Of a stretch of DNA of 64,000 bases, positions 1-10,688 are shown one piece after another. The notes under the pieces are model-generated. The model was not told the DNA's origin. It was given only the letters and a program-made list of their open reading frames with translations, and made no database searches. The position numbers were made by a program, and so were the translations under genes. Origin of the DNA: Dehalococcoidia bacterium (GTDB lineage: Bacteria; Chloroflexota; Dehalococcoidia; Lucifugimonadales; JAGWBF01); NCBI GenBank assembly GCA_965220375.1, contig OZ244824.1, forward strand, positions 1,864,406 to 1,928,405. The letters are read 5' to 3'. Each line of letters opens with the position of its first letter. Position 1 is the first letter of the stretch.

Positions 1-458
1 GATGCCCCGGTCAAGGCAATGGTGGCAAATACAACGGGAGAGCGCACGATGTCGCCCCCCACCACACTCACCCCATGCCGGTTCCCCAGGTCGGCCATGC
101 CCCCGTAGAAGGCCCGCAGGTCGTCGACGTCGGTTTCGGGAGGAAGGCCAAGGGTCACCAGGGCGTAGAGGCACAGGCCGCCCATGGCCGCGATGTCGCT
201 CACGTTGGCGGCCATGAGCTTCCAGCCCAGGTCGTACCAGGGTGTGGTTTCCCTGGTAAAATGCACCCCCTCGACGACGGTGTCCGTCGTGTACAGGCCG
301 TTGACGCCCGAGGAATGCCAGGCGGCGGCATCGTCCCCTATATCTACGGTTAACTCGAATCCAAAGGGGGAGGAGCTGTCCACGCCTTCCCTGCCGGTGT
401 TGACCACCTCGGTCAGCATGTGGATCAGGCCGAACTCGCCAAGTTCGCTTACCTTCAT
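1..458 (-). CDS. thiL: thiamine-monophosphate kinase, N-terminal part (gene runs off the left edge)
   Basis: Hand translation of the minus strand from ATG (cat at 456-458): MKVSELGEFGLIHMLTEVV..VDIGDDAAAWHS..TTDTVVEGVHFTRE..WYDLGWKLMAANVSDIAAMGG..LPPETDVDDLRAFYGG. These are ThiL / AIR-synthase-related N-domain motifs. It is not in the ORF track because no stop codon lies in the window. Confidence 0.8.
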   Translation of the reverse strand, partial: MKVSELGEFGLIHMLTEVVNTGREGVDSSSPFGFELTVDIGDDAAAWHSSGVNGLYTTDTVVEGVHFTRETTPWYDLGWKLMAANVSDIAAMGGLCLYALVTLGLPPETDVDDLRAFYGGMADLGNRHGVSVVGGDIVRSPVVFATIALTGA

Positions 459-602
459 CAACAGGAATTATAGCTGGCGGCGTCCGCTGGCTCAAGCGGG
501 CCGCCTTGCCTCTGCTGCTTGATGGCTTGTACTTCAGGGAGTCGAGCCAGCGTATATAATGTCTGTGGGCCAAGCAAGGCGGCCCCCTTGGAGAAGAGAC
601 CT

Positions 603-1337
603 ATGCGCATCCTCGTAGTCTCCGATATTCACTCCAACCTGGAAGCCTTCATTGCGGTGCTGGATGATGCAGTCTTCCAGGGAGATATCGACCAGCTGTG
701 GTGCCTGGGAGATACGGTAGGATACGGCCCCGATCCTGGTGAGTGCATACGGCTTATCCGGGAGTTTCCCAGCCACGTCTGCATAGCCGGGAACCATGAT
801 CTCGCCGCCATCGGCAAGATGGGCACCGAGGAGTTCAATCATGCCGCCGCCCATGCCGCCCACTGGACAGCGGCGCAGCTGTCATCTGAGGAGGCGAGCT
901 TTCTTTCGGAGCTGCCCCTGGTGGTGGGTATCGGGAGCTTCACCCTGGTGCACGGCTCCCTTCGTTCCCCTGTTTGGGAGTACCTGATGTCCGCCGAGGC
1001 GGCCGGCGCCACTTTTCAGCGTATGGACACACCCTACTGCCTAGTGGGACACTCCCACATTCCCTTCCTGTGCCGTGAAGGGGGAGAAAAGGGAGGGTTT
1101 GCGCCCTTTCCGATGGACGTCAAGGTCAGCTTGGGAGATGATCGGCTGATAATCAATCCGGGAGGGGTGGGCCAGCCCAGGGACGGGGACCCGAGGCCCA
1201 GCTATATGATTTACGACACCGAAGGGGGGACCATCGAGCGGCGCCGGGTCGCCTACGACATAGACGCCACCCAGGAGAAGATGCGCAGGGCAGGACTGCC
1301 GGGACCGCTGATTGAGCGGCTCCAATACGGGCGGTGA
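603..1337 (+). CDS. metallophosphoesterase family protein (calcineurin-like)
   Basis: ORF 519..1337, with the start moved to ATG 603 (MRILVVSDIHSN). Motifs DIHSN, GDTVGYGP, GNHD and GHSH are typical of the MPP superfamily. Confidence 0.8.
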   Translation: MRILVVSDIHSNLEAFIAVLDDAVFQGDIDQLWCLGDTVGYGPDPGECIRLIREFPSHVCIAGNHDLAAIGKMGTEEFNHAAAHAAHWTAAQLSSEEASFLSELPLVVGIGSFTLVHGSLRSPVWEYLMSAEAAGATFQRMDTPYCLVGHSHIPFLCREGGEKGGFAPFPMDVKVSLGDDRLIINPGGVGQPRDGDPRPSYMIYDTEGGTIERRRVAYDIDATQEKMRRAGLPGPLIERLQYGR

Positions 1338-1431
1338 TCCGGCTCCACCAGCTGTGGCACAAGCAAAGGTGCGCAGGTCCGTACCCAAGGCCTATACCCT
1401 TCCAGACCGGCAGCCGTCAAAGCTGAGATGG

Positions 1432-1460
1432 TTGACAAATGACCCCTCCCTTGTTAGTCT
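1432..1460 (+). promoter_or_regulatory. putative sigma70 promoter for the tRNA-Lys/tRNA-Leu pair
   Basis: TTGACA (1432-1437), 17-nt spacer, TAGTCT (1455-1460), about 45 nt upstream of tRNA-Lys. Confidence 0.4.
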
Positions 1461-1506
1461 CACTACACTTTTGCAAGTAGGATTTGCCTATCTGCGATAT
1501 CGTTGA

Positions 1507-1582
1507 GGCCCGCTAGCTCAACTGGCAGAGCAACGGACTCTTAATCCGTAGGTTCTCGGTTCGACCCCGAGGCGGGTCACCA
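1507..1582 (+). tRNA. tRNA-Lys (anticodon CTT)
   Basis: Cloverleaf read by eye. Acceptor GGCCCGC/GCGGGTC, anticodon arm ACGGA-CTCTTAA-TCCGT, T-loop GGTTCGA, encoded CCA. Confidence 0.9.
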
Positions 1583-1601
1583 AGCTGTTGGAATCCCCCA
1601 A

Positions 1602-1686
1602 GGGGAAGTGTCGGAACTGGTAGACGAGCATGACTTAGGATCATGTGCTGAAAAGCGTGGGAGTTCGAGTCTCCCCTTCCCCACCA
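1602..1686 (+). tRNA. tRNA-Leu (anticodon TAG), long variable arm
   Basis: Acceptor GGGGAAG/CTTCCCC, anticodon arm CATGA-CTTAGGA-TCATG, long variable arm, T-arm GGGAG-TTCGAGT-CTCCC, encoded CCA. Confidence 0.9.
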
Positions 1687-1758
1687 TGAGTGGGTACCAG
1701 GCTGGGTAGTCTGTGGTGAAGCGCTCAGCTTGTATCCTGAAATTTGCGAGGACATTCA

Positions 1759-2745
1759 ATGGCAACCTTGCTGGAGGTCCGGGACCTTAAAACCCACTTC
1801 TTCACCTTCGGTGGAGTGGTCAAGGCTGTGGACGGGGTGTCCTATGACCTGGAAGAAGGGGAAACCCTGGGCTTGGTTGGTGAAAGCGGTTGCGGGAAGA
1901 GTGTGAGCGCCCTGTCGATTATGCGCCTGATTCCGGACCCCCCCGGGAAGATAATCGATGGGGAGATCATCTTCAACGGGCAGGACCTGTTGAAGATGAA
2001 CGACACGCAGATGCGAAGGGTCAGGGGCCATCAGATATCGATGGTATTCCAGGAGCCTATGACCTCTTTGAACCCTGTACTCTCCGTCGAAAGACAGTTG
2101 ACGGAAACCCTTAGGTTGCACCTGGGGATGAACAAAGGGGATGCCGCGAAAGAAGCGGTCCGGCGCTTGGAGCAGGTGGGTATCCCCGATCCCGACAGCC
2201 GGGTTAAGCAGTACCCCCACCAGTTCAGCGGCGGGATGAGGCAAAGGGTGATGATCGCCATGGCCCTAAGCTGCAACCCCCGGCTTATCATTGCCGACGA
2301 GCCTACGACGGCGCTGGACGTTACCATTCAGGCCCAGATACTGGAACTCATGAAGGGCTTGAGCCGGGAGTATGGTGTGGCGCTCGTAGTGATCACCCAT
2401 AACTTGGGAGTGGTGGCCCGATATGCCGACAGGGTAAACATCATGTATGCCGGCAAGATCATAGAGAGGGGCAATGCCCAGGAGATTTACCGGGACCCGA
2501 GACACCCTTACACCCTAGGCTTGCTGAACTCGGTCCCCCGCCTCGACCTGCCCAGGACCGCAAAGCTGGACCCCATCGAGGGACAACCGCCGGACCTGGT
2601 GAACATCCCCATGGGGTGCTCGTTTCGGGAGCGATGCAGGTATTCCATCGACCAATGCGCCGAAGAGGCCCCCGAGCTGGAGCACATCACCGGCGGCCAC
2701 TCTTCGGCGTGCTATGTATCCAAGCAGCTGGCTGCAGCATCCTAA
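1759..2745 (+). CDS. oligopeptide/dipeptide-type ABC transporter ATP-binding protein (OppD/DppD-like)
   Basis: ORF 1744..2745, with ATG 1759 preferred. Walker A GESGCGKS, signature FSGGMRQR, Walker B IIADEPT, C-terminal RHPYTLGLL oligopeptide-type tail with a Cys cluster. Confidence 0.9.
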   Translation: MATLLEVRDLKTHFFTFGGVVKAVDGVSYDLEEGETLGLVGESGCGKSVSALSIMRLIPDPPGKIIDGEIIFNGQDLLKMNDTQMRRVRGHQISMVFQEPMTSLNPVLSVERQLTETLRLHLGMNKGDAAKEAVRRLEQVGIPDPDSRVKQYPHQFSGGMRQRVMIAMALSCNPRLIIADEPTTALDVTIQAQILELMKGLSREYGVALVVITHNLGVVARYADRVNIMYAGKIIERGNAQEIYRDPRHPYTLGLLNSVPRLDLPRTAKLDPIEGQPPDLVNIPMGCSFRERCRYSIDQCAEEAPELEHITGGHSSACYVSKQLAAAS

Positions 2746-2757
2746 GGAGAGCAACCG

Positions 2758-3801
2758 ATGACCCAGCTACAGCAAAATGGGAATGGACAACAAAGCGACC
2801 ACCTGTTGGATGTCCAGGACCTGAAAATGTACTTCCCGGTCACGGCCGGCATTTTCTTCCAGAAAACTGTTGCCAACATCAAGGCAGTGGATGGTGTCAG
2901 CTTCTTTGTCCGAAAAGGTGAAACCCTGGGCTTGGTGGGCGAGAGCGGGTGCGGAAAGACCACCACGGGACGCTGTGTTCTCCAGCTGTATCGCCCCACG
3001 GCGGGCAACATCCTATTCAATGGCGTTAACCTCTGCAAACTGAATAACCGGAGCCTGAGGCCAATGCGGCGGCAGATGCAGATCATATTCCAGGACCCTT
3101 ACAGCTCCCTTAACCCAAGAATGACCGCCGGCGCCATCATAGGAGAACCCCTGGTCGTTCATGGGTTGGCCAAGAGCAAGATTGAATACAAAGAGCGGGT
3201 GGGCGAACTCCTCGATATCGTGGGCTTGAACCGCTACATGGGCGACCGCTTTCCCCATGAGTTCAGTGGTGGGCAGCGCCAGAGGATCGGTGTGGCCCGG
3301 GCCCTCGCCGTCAATCCGGAGTTGATGGTCTGCGATGAGCCGGTATCTGCTCTCGATGTGTCCATCCAAGCCCAGGTGATCAACCTGCTGGAAGACCTGC
3401 AGGAGCAATTCTCCCTGACCTACCTGTTCATCGCCCACGACCTATCAGTGGTTCGCCACATAAGCGACCGGGTCGCGGTAATGTACTTGGGGCACATCGT
3501 GGAGATAGCTGACCGCAACGACATTTATGCTGATCCCCTGCATCCTTACACCAAGGCCCTGCTCTCGGCAGTGCCCATCCCCGACCCGGTTGTAGATGCT
3601 CAGCGGGAGAGGATACTGCTTTCCGGCGAGGTCCCCAGCCCCCTGAATCCCCCGGCAGGTTGCACGTTCCATCCCAGGTGTTCGTCGGTAACCCCTGAGT
3701 GCAAGGAGGAGGTGCCCGAGGTGCGTGAGGTCCAGCCGGGGCACTGGGTTTCCTGCATAAACGTACCGGGTTACGGTACTCCTTCTTATCAGCTGGCGTG
3801 A
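2758..3801 (+). CDS. oligopeptide/dipeptide-type ABC transporter ATP-binding protein (OppF/DppF-like)
   Basis: Walker [10 protein letters not shown], signature FSGGQRQR, Walker [13 protein letters not shown]-terminal LHPYTKALL motif. It starts 12 nt after the preceding ATPase gene. Confidence 0.9.
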   Translation: MTQLQQNGNGQQSDHLLDVQDLKMYFPVTAGIFFQKTVANIKAVDGVSFFVRKGETLGLVGESGCGKTTTGRCVLQLYRPTAGNILFNGVNLCKLNNRSLRPMRRQMQIIFQDPYSSLNPRMTAGAIIGEPLVVHGLAKSKIEYKERVGELLDIVGLNRYMGDRFPHEFSGGQRQRIGVARALAVNPELMVCDEPVSALDVSIQAQVINLLEDLQEQFSLTYLFIAHDLSVVRHISDRVAVMYLGHIVEIADRNDIYADPLHPYTKALLSAVPIPDPVVDAQRERILLSGEVPSPLNPPAGCTFHPRCSSVTPECKEEVPEVREVQPGHWVSCINVPGYGTPSYQLA

Positions 3802-3872
3802 TCGATGCTGCAGGATGGTTATCTAACAGCCGATAACATCCTTCCCAATTCCTACTCGCCCCGTGCTTCCTG

Positions 3873-5726
3873 ATGGACCCAGAGCGCATACGCAACTTCT
3901 GCATCATCGCCCACATAGACCACGGCAAGTCCACCCTGGCTGACCGTTTCCTTGAGCTGACGGGCACCGTTTCATCCCAGGAGATGAAGGCCCAATTCCT
4001 GGACCAGATGGACCTGGAACGGGAGCGGGGCATCACCATCAAGGGGAAGGCGGTGTGCATGCCCTTCTGGGCTATGGACGGCCAGGAGTACCAGCTGAAC
4101 CTTATCGACACACCGGGCCATGTGGACTTCAGCTACGAAGTTTCCCGCTCCCTGGCTGCTTGTGAAGGGGCGATCCTGGTCGTTGATGCCAGCCAGGGAA
4201 TAGAAGCGCAGACCATCGCCAACTCCTTCCTGGCCATGGAGGCTGACCTAGCCCTGCTACCGGTGATCAACAAGATAGACCTTCCCCAGGCAGAGCCTGA
4301 AAGGGTTGCCGCCGAGCTGACCCAGGTGTTTGGATTCTCGCTCGATGAAATCCTCTTCTCTTCGGCAAAGGATGGCATGGGGGTGGAAGAGGTCCTCCAG
4401 GCGGTGGTCGACAGGGTACCTTCGCCCAAGGGGCGCTCCGACCAGCCGCTGCGGGCCTTGGTCTTTGATTCCGTGTACAACCCATACAAGGGGATTGTTG
4501 CTTACGTCCGGTTGTTCGAGGGGTCGGTGTCCCGAAACGATCCAATCCTTCTGATGTCCACCAATAAAGAGACCGAAGCTATGGAGGTGGGTGTGTTCTC
4601 ACCCCACCCTATGCGGAAGGACACTCTGGAAGCCGGCCAGGTTGGATACATAGCAACGGGCCTGAAGGATGTTCGGGAGTGCAGCGTAGGGGAGACGTTC
4701 ACCCTCGTCGAACGGCAAGCGGCCGAACCCATGCCGGGCTATGTCCCACTCAAACCGATGGTTTTCTCTGGTCTATACCCCGCCGACGGGCAGGAGTTCA
4801 GGACCCTGCGGGCGGCCTTGGAGAAGTTGCAGCTTAACGATGCGGCCCTCACCTTCGAGCCTGAGAACAGCGTTGCATTAGGGTTTGGGCTGAGATGTGG
4901 ATTCCTGGGCCTGCTCCACATGGACATCGTACAGGAAAGGCTGGAGCGTGAGTACGGTCTGGATCTCGTGGCTACTGCCCCCAGCGTCGTTTACAAGGTG
5001 CATCTTACCGATGGAAGCGCTGTGGAAGTAGACACCCCGTCCAAGCTGCCGCCCGTGGGGCAGATCAGGGAGATCCAGGAGCCCTGGCTGGCTATCACGA
5101 TTCTAACTCCCGGTTCCTACATCGGCGCCATAATGGAGCTGATGTCCAAGCGCCGCGGGGAGTTCCGCAGGATGGAATACATCCAGGGGGAAAGCTCCAA
5201 AACGGAAACCCATGATTCCGACGATGAACGAGACCAGGGCTCCCGGGTAATGCTGGAGTACCAGATGCCTCTGGCTGAGCTGCTGGCCGAGTTCTACAAC
5301 CAGCTGAAGTCTCGCACGCAGGGTTATGCCTCTTTGGACTACGTCTTCGACGGCTACCGGGCTGGCCCGCTGGTCAAGCTGGATATTCTCTTGAACCAGG
5401 AAGCCGTCGATGAGCTTTCCCTCATAGTCCACAAAGACAAAGCCTATGCCTACGGCAGGGCCCTGGCGGAAAAACTCCGGGAGGCGATCCCCAGGCAGCT
5501 ATTTGCCGTTCCCATCCAAGCCGCTATTGGGAGCCGGATCATAGCCCGGGAAACGGTCAGGCCCCTTCGGAAGGATGTTCTGGCCAAGTGTTACGGGGGC
5601 GATGTAACGCGAAAGCGCAAGCTGCTGGAGAAGCAAAAAGAGGGGAAGAAGAGGCTCAAGAGGGTAGGGAGAGTGGAGCTTCCCCAAGAAGCGTTCATGG
5701 CCCTGCTGAAGCTGGAGTCCGGCTAG
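3873..5726 (+). CDS. lepA: translation elongation factor 4
   Basis: [28 protein letters not shown] and NKIDL GTPase motifs. The LepA-specific C-terminus is present: [39 protein letters not shown]. Confidence 0.95.
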   Translation: MDPERIRNFCIIAHIDHGKSTLADRFLELTGTVSSQEMKAQFLDQMDLERERGITIKGKAVCMPFWAMDGQEYQLNLIDTPGHVDFSYEVSRSLAACEGAILVVDASQGIEAQTIANSFLAMEADLALLPVINKIDLPQAEPERVAAELTQVFGFSLDEILFSSAKDGMGVEEVLQAVVDRVPSPKGRSDQPLRALVFDSVYNPYKGIVAYVRLFEGSVSRNDPILLMSTNKETEAMEVGVFSPHPMRKDTLEAGQVGYIATGLKDVRECSVGETFTLVERQAAEPMPGYVPLKPMVFSGLYPADGQEFRTLRAALEKLQLNDAALTFEPENSVALGFGLRCGFLGLLHMDIVQERLEREYGLDLVATAPSVVYKVHLTDGSAVEVDTPSKLPPVGQIREIQEPWLAITILTPGSYIGAIMELMSKRRGEFRRMEYIQGESSKTETHDSDDERDQGSRVMLEYQMPLAELLAEFYNQLKSRTQGYASLDYVFDGYRAGPLVKLDILLNQEAVDELSLIVHKDKAYAYGRALAEKLREAIPRQLFAVPIQAAIGSRIIARETVRPLRKDVLAKCYGGDVTRKRKLLEKQKEGKKRLKRVGRVELPQEAFMALLKLESG

Positions 5727-5839
5727 CTCAGGTTGTTTGCCCGCATCTGCTCTGCTACAATCCCAGTTGACCATGCCGGGTAGGTCCCGGCACGCGATGT
5801 ACTGCTGATTCCGCGAGATCTTATTTGGGAGGAGCAGCT

Positions 5840-6619
5840 ATGGCATCCTTCTGGGAAATCCTGAGGATGGAATCGGGTGAGCATCTGGATGATATGCACA
5901 CCTACGTCAGCCAGCCCGACGCGCCGGGAGCCCGTCCGGCAGTGATCGTGGTGCAGGAGATTTTCGGGGTAAGCCCCCACATCCAGGCCATAGCTGACAG
6001 GTTTGCATCGGAGGGCTACTTTGCCGTGGCCCCTGCGATGTTCCATCGCTACAACAACAACGAAGGGGTTAGGGGCACCAACCCCATGTTCAGCTACGGA
6101 GATGAGGATGTCCCCGAACGCAACAAGGCCAGGGAGATGGTTACCGACGACGGTATCGTGCAGGATATCGACACCACCATCGATTGGCTCAAGAGGCATC
6201 CGCGGGTGGAGGGAGAAAACATAGGCATCGTGGGCTTCTGTTTCGGCGGTCGGGTGGTGTACCTGTCGGCCTCGTCTTGCCCCGGCATCAAGGCCGGGTC
6301 CATGTTCTATGGCGGAAACACCATGCGGGCCTTGGGAGATGGCCCATCGGCTTTCGAGAGAACGGCAAACATCGCGTGCCCGGTGATGGGCAACTTCGGG
6401 GAGGAAGACCAGAATCCCAGCCCCGATGATGTGAGCAGGATAGAAGCTGAGCTTCAGAAACACGGCAAGGTGTATGACTTCAAGATGTATGCCGGGGCCG
6501 GCCACGGTTTCTATTGCGACGAGAGGTCCAGCTACCGCAGGGACGCTGCTGAGGATGCCTTTGCCCGCACCTTGGACTGGTTCCAGAAGCACATGTCCCG
6601 GGTGGCGACGGCCGCATAG
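5840..6619 (+). CDS. dienelactone hydrolase family protein
   Basis: ORF 5825..6619, with ATG 5840 preferred (GGGAGGAG RBS upstream). Motifs PAVIVVQEIFGV, nucleophile elbow GFCFGG, GAGHGF. Confidence 0.8.
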   Translation: MASFWEILRMESGEHLDDMHTYVSQPDAPGARPAVIVVQEIFGVSPHIQAIADRFASEGYFAVAPAMFHRYNNNEGVRGTNPMFSYGDEDVPERNKAREMVTDDGIVQDIDTTIDWLKRHPRVEGENIGIVGFCFGGRVVYLSASSCPGIKAGSMFYGGNTMRALGDGPSAFERTANIACPVMGNFGEEDQNPSPDDVSRIEAELQKHGKVYDFKMYAGAGHGFYCDERSSYRRDAAEDAFARTLDWFQKHMSRVATAA

Positions 6620-6728
6620 CGCGCACCGTTCGAGACATGTCCCATGTCGGTGGGGGCGAGGAATGCCAGCATTTGATGTGGTTTCCTGAGACCTCCAGCC
6701 TTACCACACAGGAGCAGGAAGCAAAACT

Positions 6729-8225
6729 ATGACAACACCTGCCGAGGTTCCCACCTATCGAAACTATATCGACGGACGCTGGGTGGAATCAGTTTCAGGG
6801 CGGACCTACACCATTGCCAATCCGGCGCACAAGGACATAGAGCTAGCTTCTTTCCAAGCCTCGGTCCCCGAAGATGCCGAAAAGGCTGTGGAAGCCGCCC
6901 ATCGCGCCCTTCCTGCTTGGGCTGGAATGCCGGCTCCCCAAAGGGCAGGAATACTCTACAGAGCCCTGGAGGTCCTGCGGGCGAGGGGCGACGACATCGC
7001 AAGGGCCATCACCTTGGAGGAAGGGAAACCCCTGGGGGATGCTCAAGGCGAGGTCCGCCGGGCGATGAATATCACCGAGTACTCTGCCGGAGAGGGACGG
7101 CGCCTCTTCGGCTACACAACCCCATCGGAGATTCCCGACACGGTAGCCTATACGACCCGCAGACCCCTGGGAGTGGTGGGCATCATCACCCCTTGGAACT
7201 TCCCCATCGCCATTCCTGCCTGGAAGATCGCTCCGGCCCTTATTTGCGGCAACACCCTCGTGTTTAAGCCGGCTTCTTCCACGCCTATGTCGGCCTCGAT
7301 GTTGGTGGAGGTGTTCGAAGAGGCTGGGCTCCCCCCCGGTGTCCTGAACCTGATCACCGGTCCGGGCGCCTCGGTGGGCAACACCCTGGTATCCCATCCC
7401 CTGGTCAAGGGGATATCTTTCACCGGCTCCACGGAAATCGGCTCCAATATCTACACCGACGGGGCCAAGGGTCTGAAGAAGGTCCAATGCGAGATGGGGG
7501 GCAAGAACGCGGTCATAGTATTGGCCGATGCCGACATGGACAAGACTCTAGGGGGTGTGGTGCAGGGGGCCTTTGGGTCCACGGGACAGAGGTGCACAGC
7601 TACCAGCCGGGTGATAGTGGAGAGTTCCGTTTTCCAGCCCTTCATGGAGCAGCTCATCAACCGTACCAGTGCCCTGAAGATTGGCGATGGGCTGGAACAG
7701 GGCGTGGATGTAAGTCCATTATCCAGTCAATACCAGTTCGACAAGGTCCTGGAGTACATAGGCATCGGGACCGAGGAAGGGGCCAAGCTGGCCTATGGGG
7801 GTCATGCCGTGAGGGGCGACGGCTTTGACGAAGGGTATTACATCGAACCCACCATCTTCACCGATGTTGACCCTTCTATGCGCATTGCCCAGGAAGAGAT
7901 TTTCGGTCCTGTGCTGACGGTGTTCGAAGTCAGGAACCTGGATGAAGCTATCGACATTGCCAACAGCGTGCAGTTTGGGCTGTCATCTTCCATATACACC
8001 AAGGACATAACCCAGGCCTTTCACTACGTGGAACAGGTGGAGGCTGGGATTGTCCACGTCAACGCACCCACTTTGGGAGGAGAGGTCCATCTGCCTTTCG
8101 GAGGACTAAAGGCCTCAGGCGCCGGTACCCGGGAACAGGGTACGGAAGCGGTGAACTTCTTCAGTGAAGTGATTTCCGTGTACATCGATTATGCCGGGGC
8201 GAGGTCCCAAGCCAAGTTCATCTGA
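6729..8225 (+). CDS. NAD(P)-dependent aldehyde dehydrogenase family protein
   Basis: ALDH motifs [19 protein letters not shown] (catalytic Glu), GQRCTA (catalytic Cys), EEIFGPV. Length 498 aa. Confidence 0.9.
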   Translation: MTTPAEVPTYRNYIDGRWVESVSGRTYTIANPAHKDIELASFQASVPEDAEKAVEAAHRALPAWAGMPAPQRAGILYRALEVLRARGDDIARAITLEEGKPLGDAQGEVRRAMNITEYSAGEGRRLFGYTTPSEIPDTVAYTTRRPLGVVGIITPWNFPIAIPAWKIAPALICGNTLVFKPASSTPMSASMLVEVFEEAGLPPGVLNLITGPGASVGNTLVSHPLVKGISFTGSTEIGSNIYTDGAKGLKKVQCEMGGKNAVIVLADADMDKTLGGVVQGAFGSTGQRCTATSRVIVESSVFQPFMEQLINRTSALKIGDGLEQGVDVSPLSSQYQFDKVLEYIGIGTEEGAKLAYGGHAVRGDGFDEGYYIEPTIFTDVDPSMRIAQEEIFGPVLTVFEVRNLDEAIDIANSVQFGLSSSIYTKDITQAFHYVEQVEAGIVHVNAPTLGGEVHLPFGGLKASGAGTREQGTEAVNFFSEVISVYIDYAGARSQAKFI

Positions 8226-8265
8226 TGGGCGGGATTCGCTATCGCTGTGTTTCGCCGCCTTCGAG

Positions 8266-9288
8266 GTGTCCCAGTTGACAGTCCTGCTGATAGTTTCCGA
8301 TAGAACCAGCGTGGGAAAGACCGCCACTGCGGCGGCCATCGTTTCCGAGGTGCTGGCTGGCAACGGAAAGGCCGCCTACTTGAAGCTTTTCCCTGCCCTG
8401 GACCGGCCAGACCCCGACGTGACCTATATCAATGAGCACCTCCTTAGTGGAGATGCGGCCCAGTCTTCAGGGGCCAAGAGGACCGTCGATGGGGGACCGG
8501 GCGAAACAATTGCCCTCGCCGAAAGCCTGTCTGCCGAAGGAAAGATCGTCGTGGCGGAAGGGCCGACCCTGGATTCCTTCCAGGGAGAGCAAATGACCCT
8601 GGTGGACGACATGGTCCGCAACCTGGATTGCAAAGTGTTGTTTGTACAGGGGTATCCGACGACGGAGGTCAGCCCGGCCGCGCCACCCGGCGGAGCGCTT
8701 CTTGGAGAAGGCTTGGTAGGGGTTATCGTAAACATGGTGCCTCCCTACCGGCTCCGCCAACTTGCCGACACCCTGGACCGCAACGGGAATGGCGGTAGGC
8801 CCCATATGTTGGGTGCAATACCTTCCGACCGGACCATGGCATCGGTGACCGTGGGGGAGATAGCCCAGGGCTTGAAGGCACGTTGGGTGATGGGAGAAGA
8901 GAGGGCCGACGTCCTGATTGAGCACTTCCTGGTAGGCGGGAACATCATGGACGGGGGGGACACCTACTTTGGACGACACCAAAATAAGGCTGTGCTGGTG
9001 AGGGGGGACCGCCCGGACATACAGCTGGCGTGCCTGAACACCGAGACAGCTTGCCTCTTGCTCAGCGGAGGGTTTACGCCGAACCAGTATGTTTATCACG
9101 AAGCCGAACAGCAGGATGTTCCCCTGCTGGTCATGGAAGAAGACACCATTGCCTGCGCCGAATTACTGGACGAATTGTTGTCGGCTCCCCCGGTACATCA
9201 CCCAGCCAAGACTCAACGATTCCGGGAGCTGCTCAGGGCACATGCCGACATGGGGTTCCTGCCCCAATTGTTAGAAGGTATTGCGTAG
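8266..9288 (+). CDS. DRTGG-domain / phosphotransacetylase-N-terminal-like protein
   Basis: ORF 8191..9288 overlaps the ALDH end, so GTG 8266 (or TTG 8275) is preferred. It has an N-terminal P-loop-like SDRTSVGKTATA and a C-terminal region with VLVRGDRPDIQLACL..LLLSGG typical of DRTGG domains. The start is uncertain. Confidence 0.55.
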   Translation: MSQLTVLLIVSDRTSVGKTATAAAIVSEVLAGNGKAAYLKLFPALDRPDPDVTYINEHLLSGDAAQSSGAKRTVDGGPGETIALAESLSAEGKIVVAEGPTLDSFQGEQMTLVDDMVRNLDCKVLFVQGYPTTEVSPAAPPGGALLGEGLVGVIVNMVPPYRLRQLADTLDRNGNGGRPHMLGAIPSDRTMASVTVGEIAQGLKARWVMGEERADVLIEHFLVGGNIMDGGDTYFGRHQNKAVLVRGDRPDIQLACLNTETACLLLSGGFTPNQYVYHEAEQQDVPLLVMEEDTIACAELLDELLSAPPVHHPAKTQRFRELLRAHADMGFLPQLLEGIA

Positions 9289-9348
9289 AATATCAAAGAC
9301 AGGTAGAATCTCCCTCTGGGCGCCAAAATCAGACAGGGGGGCAGGTGA

Positions 9349-9717
9349 TTGAATGTACTCGGCATGCACGTGATGGTTGAACTCAAAGAATGCAACCCCA
9401 GCCTTCTGGATGACCTTCCATACATCCGGGAGGCAATGACCCAAGCAGCCAACGCTGCAGGGGCCACGATAATCGGCGAGTCCTTCCATCAGTTCAACCC
9501 CCAAGGTGTTACAGGTATCCTGGCCATTGCTGAATCCCATCTCTGCATACATACCTGGCCCGAATATGGCTATGCGGCCGCCGATGTTTTTACCTGCGGG
9601 GAGTCCTTCGATCCCTCGAAGGCTGCTCGAATACTGGTCGACAAGCTCGAGTCCCGGGACCATTCGTTGACCGAGTATCGCCGGGGAATTCTGACTGAGC
9701 CTGTGGCCAGCGCCTGA
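9349..9717 (+). CDS. speH: S-adenosylmethionine decarboxylase proenzyme (small bacterial/archaeal type)
   Basis: Self-processing site motif AESHLCIHTWPE, and DVFTCG. About 120 aa, immediately upstream of spermidine synthase. TTG 9349 or ATG 9364 could be the start. Confidence 0.85.
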   Translation: MNVLGMHVMVELKECNPSLLDDLPYIREAMTQAANAAGATIIGESFHQFNPQGVTGILAIAESHLCIHTWPEYGYAAADVFTCGESFDPSKAARILVDKLESRDHSLTEYRRGILTEPVASA

Positions 9718-9737
9718 AGCTGGCAGGCCTGCCAAAG

Positions 9738-10673
9738 ATGGAAATCCCGGGCAAATGGCACTTTGAGCTAGTCACCCCCGACATGATGGTGGTCTACCGC
9801 ATCAAGGATATCCTCCACACAGGACGCACCGCATATCAGGCCGTCGACATCATGGACACTGACACCTTTGGACGGTGTCTTGTCCTGGACGGAAAGACAC
9901 AGTCCACCGAGGCGGACGAACACATCTACCATGACTGCCTCGTACATCCAGCGATGCTCTTCCACCCAGCCCCTCGGTCGGTGTTCATCGGCGGTGGTGG
10001 TGAGGGTGCCACTCTCAGGGAAGTCCTTAAGTATCCCGAGGTAGAAAGAGTCACCATGCTGGACCTGGACCCGGAAGTTGTGCAGATGTGCGGGATCCAC
10101 CTTCCCAACCACAACGCGGGTGCGTTCAACAGCCCCAAGCTGGAGCTTCGACATGAAGATGCCCGCGGCTACCTTTCCTCCTGTACCGAGAGATTCGACG
10201 TAATCATCCTCGATCTTGTGGACCCAACCGAGGGAGGCCCGGCTTACCTGCTCTACACCGAGGAGTTCTATGCCCAGGCAAAGGCAAAGCTAAACCCCGG
10301 AGGGGTACTGGTTACTCAAGCTGGCCCCGCAGGATATCTGAACTACACCGAATGTTTCACGGTTATCTCTCGCACCATATCCAGCGTTTTCCCACAGGCT
10401 AATCCTTATTGCGTCTTCGTCCCTGCATTCACTACCCTTTGGGGTTTTGTCCTGGCGTCGTCCGGCAACTCGGATAGACCTCAGCCCACCTCTCTCCCTG
10501 AACAGGAACCTTCTTACATCGACCAACTGGTCCAGGACCGCCTTTCCCAAGAGCTGTCCTACTACGACGGGCTGGCCCATCGCCGCATGTTCTCCCTGCC
10601 AAAGTACCTGCGACAGGGTATCCTGGCTGAAGAACGACTGGTCACTGATAGCTCCCCAGTGTACATGGTCTAA
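9738..10673 (+). CDS. speE: spermidine synthase (polyamine aminopropyltransferase)
   Basis: Motifs LVLDG..Q, VFIGGGGEGATLREVLK, MLDLDPEVV, DVIILDLVDP. Confidence 0.9.
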   Translation: MEIPGKWHFELVTPDMMVVYRIKDILHTGRTAYQAVDIMDTDTFGRCLVLDGKTQSTEADEHIYHDCLVHPAMLFHPAPRSVFIGGGGEGATLREVLKYPEVERVTMLDLDPEVVQMCGIHLPNHNAGAFNSPKLELRHEDARGYLSSCTERFDVIILDLVDPTEGGPAYLLYTEEFYAQAKAKLNPGGVLVTQAGPAGYLNYTECFTVISRTISSVFPQANPYCVFVPAFTTLWGFVLASSGNSDRPQPTSLPEQEPSYIDQLVQDRLSQELSYYDGLAHRRMFSLPKYLRQGILAEERLVTDSSPVYMV

Positions 10674-10688
10674 CCCCTTCTTTGCCCG

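Noticed and set aside
2-522. Plus-strand ORFs 2..217, 75..353 and 184..522 at the left edge.
   Set aside because: The minus strand encodes a clear ThiL N-terminus over the same region. The plus-strand ORFs are Arg/Pro-rich shadows.
1513-1765. Minus-strand ORFs 1513..1755 and 1577..1765 overlapping the tRNA-Lys/Leu genes. Likewise 37919..38203 (-) and 37929..38135 (+) over tRNA-Gly/Phe.
   Set aside because: They overlap well-folded tRNA genes and have no motif support.
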